Origin: a virus
IMG/VR virus record: IMGVR_UViG_3300013102_000002
Coordinates: 96,001-160,000 of that record
Direction: 5' to 3' (one strand)
Length of the DNA: 64,000 nt
The notes below the pieces were generated by a model. That model had not been told where the DNA came from. It ran no database searches and was given only the letters and a program-made list of their open reading frames with translations. Shown one piece after another: positions 63,401 to 64,000 of the stretch. How positions within the stretch are numbered: the stretch's first letter is position 1; the number at the start of each line of letters is the position of its first letter. A program made the translations under genes and the position numbers.

Positions 63401-63726
63401 CACCTTTTCATAAGATGACTAATGCGGGACATATCTCATATGTTGAACTTGATGGTAATGCACGAAACAATCTAGAGGCATTTAAAAATATTGTTCAATA
63501 TGCTCTTAGTAAGAACATTGGATATTTCAGTATTAATCATCCAATTGATAAATGTATGACCTGTAATTTTGATGGTGTTATTAATAAAGAATGTCCTTCT
63601 TGTGGAGAAACCGATGAAAACAATATTGCAAGAATCAGACGTATAACTGGGTATTTAGTCGGGACTCTTAACAGATTCAATGGTTCGAAGAAAGCAGAAG
63701 AACGAGACCGTGTTAAGCATTCATGA
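60418..63726 (+). CDS. nrdD: Class III anaerobic ribonucleoside-triphosphate reductase with ATP cone and intein
   Basis: VTKRDG ATP cone, HVHDLD, HNC, MG|CR, PAES, RITGYL glycyl-radical motif. Confidence 0.95.
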   Translation: MTHTQVTKRDGIISEYDPNKITDAIIKAMRMTEVGIDKELAEKITLKVTQQVMKSKNTYSVELLQDLIEKDLMMSSRKDVAREYITYRQKRTEERLKQSELFKIGEGIISGENEEVTKENANLNGESYSGKMNRFGSEYSKMYARNVMLPKRLVKAMDEGFIHVHDLDHYAVGTHNCLFIPFDKLLANGFQVSDKGSVRTPNSIMTAMAQVAIIFQCQQNSQFGGCGAAKFDWDLAPYVTKSFKKHFRKGQMYFGETYVEVSDDKLFLDNSALLSVLPKSYTYAKEETELETKQAAESMIHNLNTMASRAGGQVPFTSITFGLCTSTEGKMISNAILNASMNGLGHSETAIFPQLIFQCKQGVNQNLGEPNYDIFMKAIECSSKRLFPNFVNVDADFNLQYYDPSDPDTAVATMGCVDGDEVVTYKLNDILYVESFKRMYDNVERIGFKSRFGISEYVECERLEIFDSYSGGFVVVKKVIKNPDQNNWVIVKLNNGRSMLATKDHPLPVEGRGRIFVKDIKIGDSIPVTYDQYSEESEVYENEKAWLDGMLLCDSSYSGGCVRISLGMDEKDAAEASQTALRRVYGIKNKVVFQQRGVKGIYLDIVSYESGTEKLNALADMFGGWNKINRKVPDYIFRSSRENKLSFLAGMIDADGHIKNMHGSARVEIGSTNKELALQQVALAQAVGIKAKLYLNKYNGNDKSKIRYKVEFYNTYELNKYLKCKKKRDVLENCKASNVIVHECAKVTEIIEMGFMNKHSYDVETESDRFDVSGIYSHNCRTRVISNRFGKGCQSGRGNVSFNSINLTKLGIEYGAVNGRSEIDVDGFWNKLDEILDITLDGLLHRFDIQGNQPAKASDFMMQNGSWTGGEKLHPNQKIKDLLRMGSISIGFVGLAECLKALFGKHHGEDQDVWYFGQELIHYIREYCDMKSDEHDMNITCFASPAESLAGKFARMNNKQYGVIEGVTDREYITNSFHIPVYFNLPAHKKIELEAPFHKMTNAGHISYVELDGNARNNLEAFKNIVQYALSKNIGYFSINHPIDKCMTCNFDGVINKECPSCGETDENNIARIRRITGYLVGTLNRFNGSKKAEERDRVKHS
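61663..62754 (+). mobile_element. 364-aa intein with LAGLIDADG homing endonuclease
   Basis: Starts CVDGD after ATMG; block B ATKDHPL; LDGMLLCDS and FLAGMIDADG; ends YDVETES...SHN before Cys+1. Confidence 0.93.
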
Positions 63727-64000
63727 GAATATCTGGATACATAAAAGAAAGTATAGTTGATGGTCAAGGATTAAGAGCAGTCGTGTTTTTTAGCGGCTGC
63801 TACCACAACTGCCCTGGATGCCATTCTCTACAAACACATGACAAGAACTATGGAGAGGAATTTACTGAAGAAAGACAATGGGAGATTATTAATAATATCA
63901 AATCAAATCCACTTCTATCTGGCGTGACCTTATCAGGAGGTGATTGTTTTTTCTCGGCAAAAGAAGTTGTTAAGTTTGTAATAAAGTTAAAAAATGAGAT
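63723..64000 (+). CDS. nrdG: Anaerobic RNR activase (radical SAM), truncated by the window end
   Basis: MRISGYIKESIVDGQGLRAVVFFSGCYHNCPGCH...GVTLSGGD; ATG overlaps the nrdD stop. Confidence 0.93.
   Translation, partial: MRISGYIKESIVDGQGLRAVVFFSGCYHNCPGCHSLQTHDKNYGEEFTEERQWEIINNIKSNPLLSGVTLSGGDCFFSAKEVVKFVIKLKNE

Larger units (their letters stand above)
1..64000 (+). mobile_element. Segment of a large SPbeta-like temperate phage/prophage (early, regulatory and replication region)
   Basis: Dense co-oriented small ORFs; YopQ-like and YopR/MrpR-like pair; YorF/G/H/I/J/K-like replication genes in SPbeta order; Gam, HNH, NrdD intein; no host housekeeping operons. Confidence 0.9.

Noticed and set aside
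60418-63726. Group I intron in nrdD
   Set aside because: Reading frame is continuous and the insert has intein splice motifs

Overview
This is a low-GC, almost entirely plus-strand segment of a large temperate phage or prophage of the SPbeta-like group. The host is a spore-forming Bacillota; the agr/LytTR gene style suggests Paenibacillaceae, which is an inference. 1-10 kb is a regulatory or lysogeny-switch module: an orphan MazF/PemK behind a LexA box, an XRE regulator, a YopQ-like DndB/DGQHR protein and a MrpR/YopR-like recombinase-fold repressor. It is followed directly by a four-gene agr-like cassette: a membrane sensor with no kinase, AgrB, an unannotated 44-aa AgrD, and a LytTR protein with no receiver domain. 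A tRNA(CAT) comes next. The SPbeta-type replication and nucleotide genes (two SSB-like proteins, AAA_24 ATPase, DnaB, DnaG, RecJ/DHH, guanylate kinase, intein-containing NrdD, NrdG) are scattered among about 100 small accessory ORFs. These include Gam, TnpB, a macrodomain, NADAR-like, DprA/SLOG, HD, HNH, GIY-YIG, SprT, YhbH-like, YyaC and an RNA ligase. Three observations stand out. (1) An 18-bp palindrome ATRAAA-N6-TTTYAT marks more than 40 gene boundaries, and some copies carry accessory motifs at fixed distances, including an 88-bp inverted pair bracketing the 27-kb accessory block; this is a candidate gene-cassette recombination system. (2) The phosphorelay-less agr-like peptide system beside the master repressor is a candidate non-arbitrium phage communication system. 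(3) A 10-nt gap GAT-TAG-TTAG-GAT lies inside the RecJ catalytic motif and has the hallmarks of programmed translational bypassing. All family calls come from motif recognition by eye; no searches were run.
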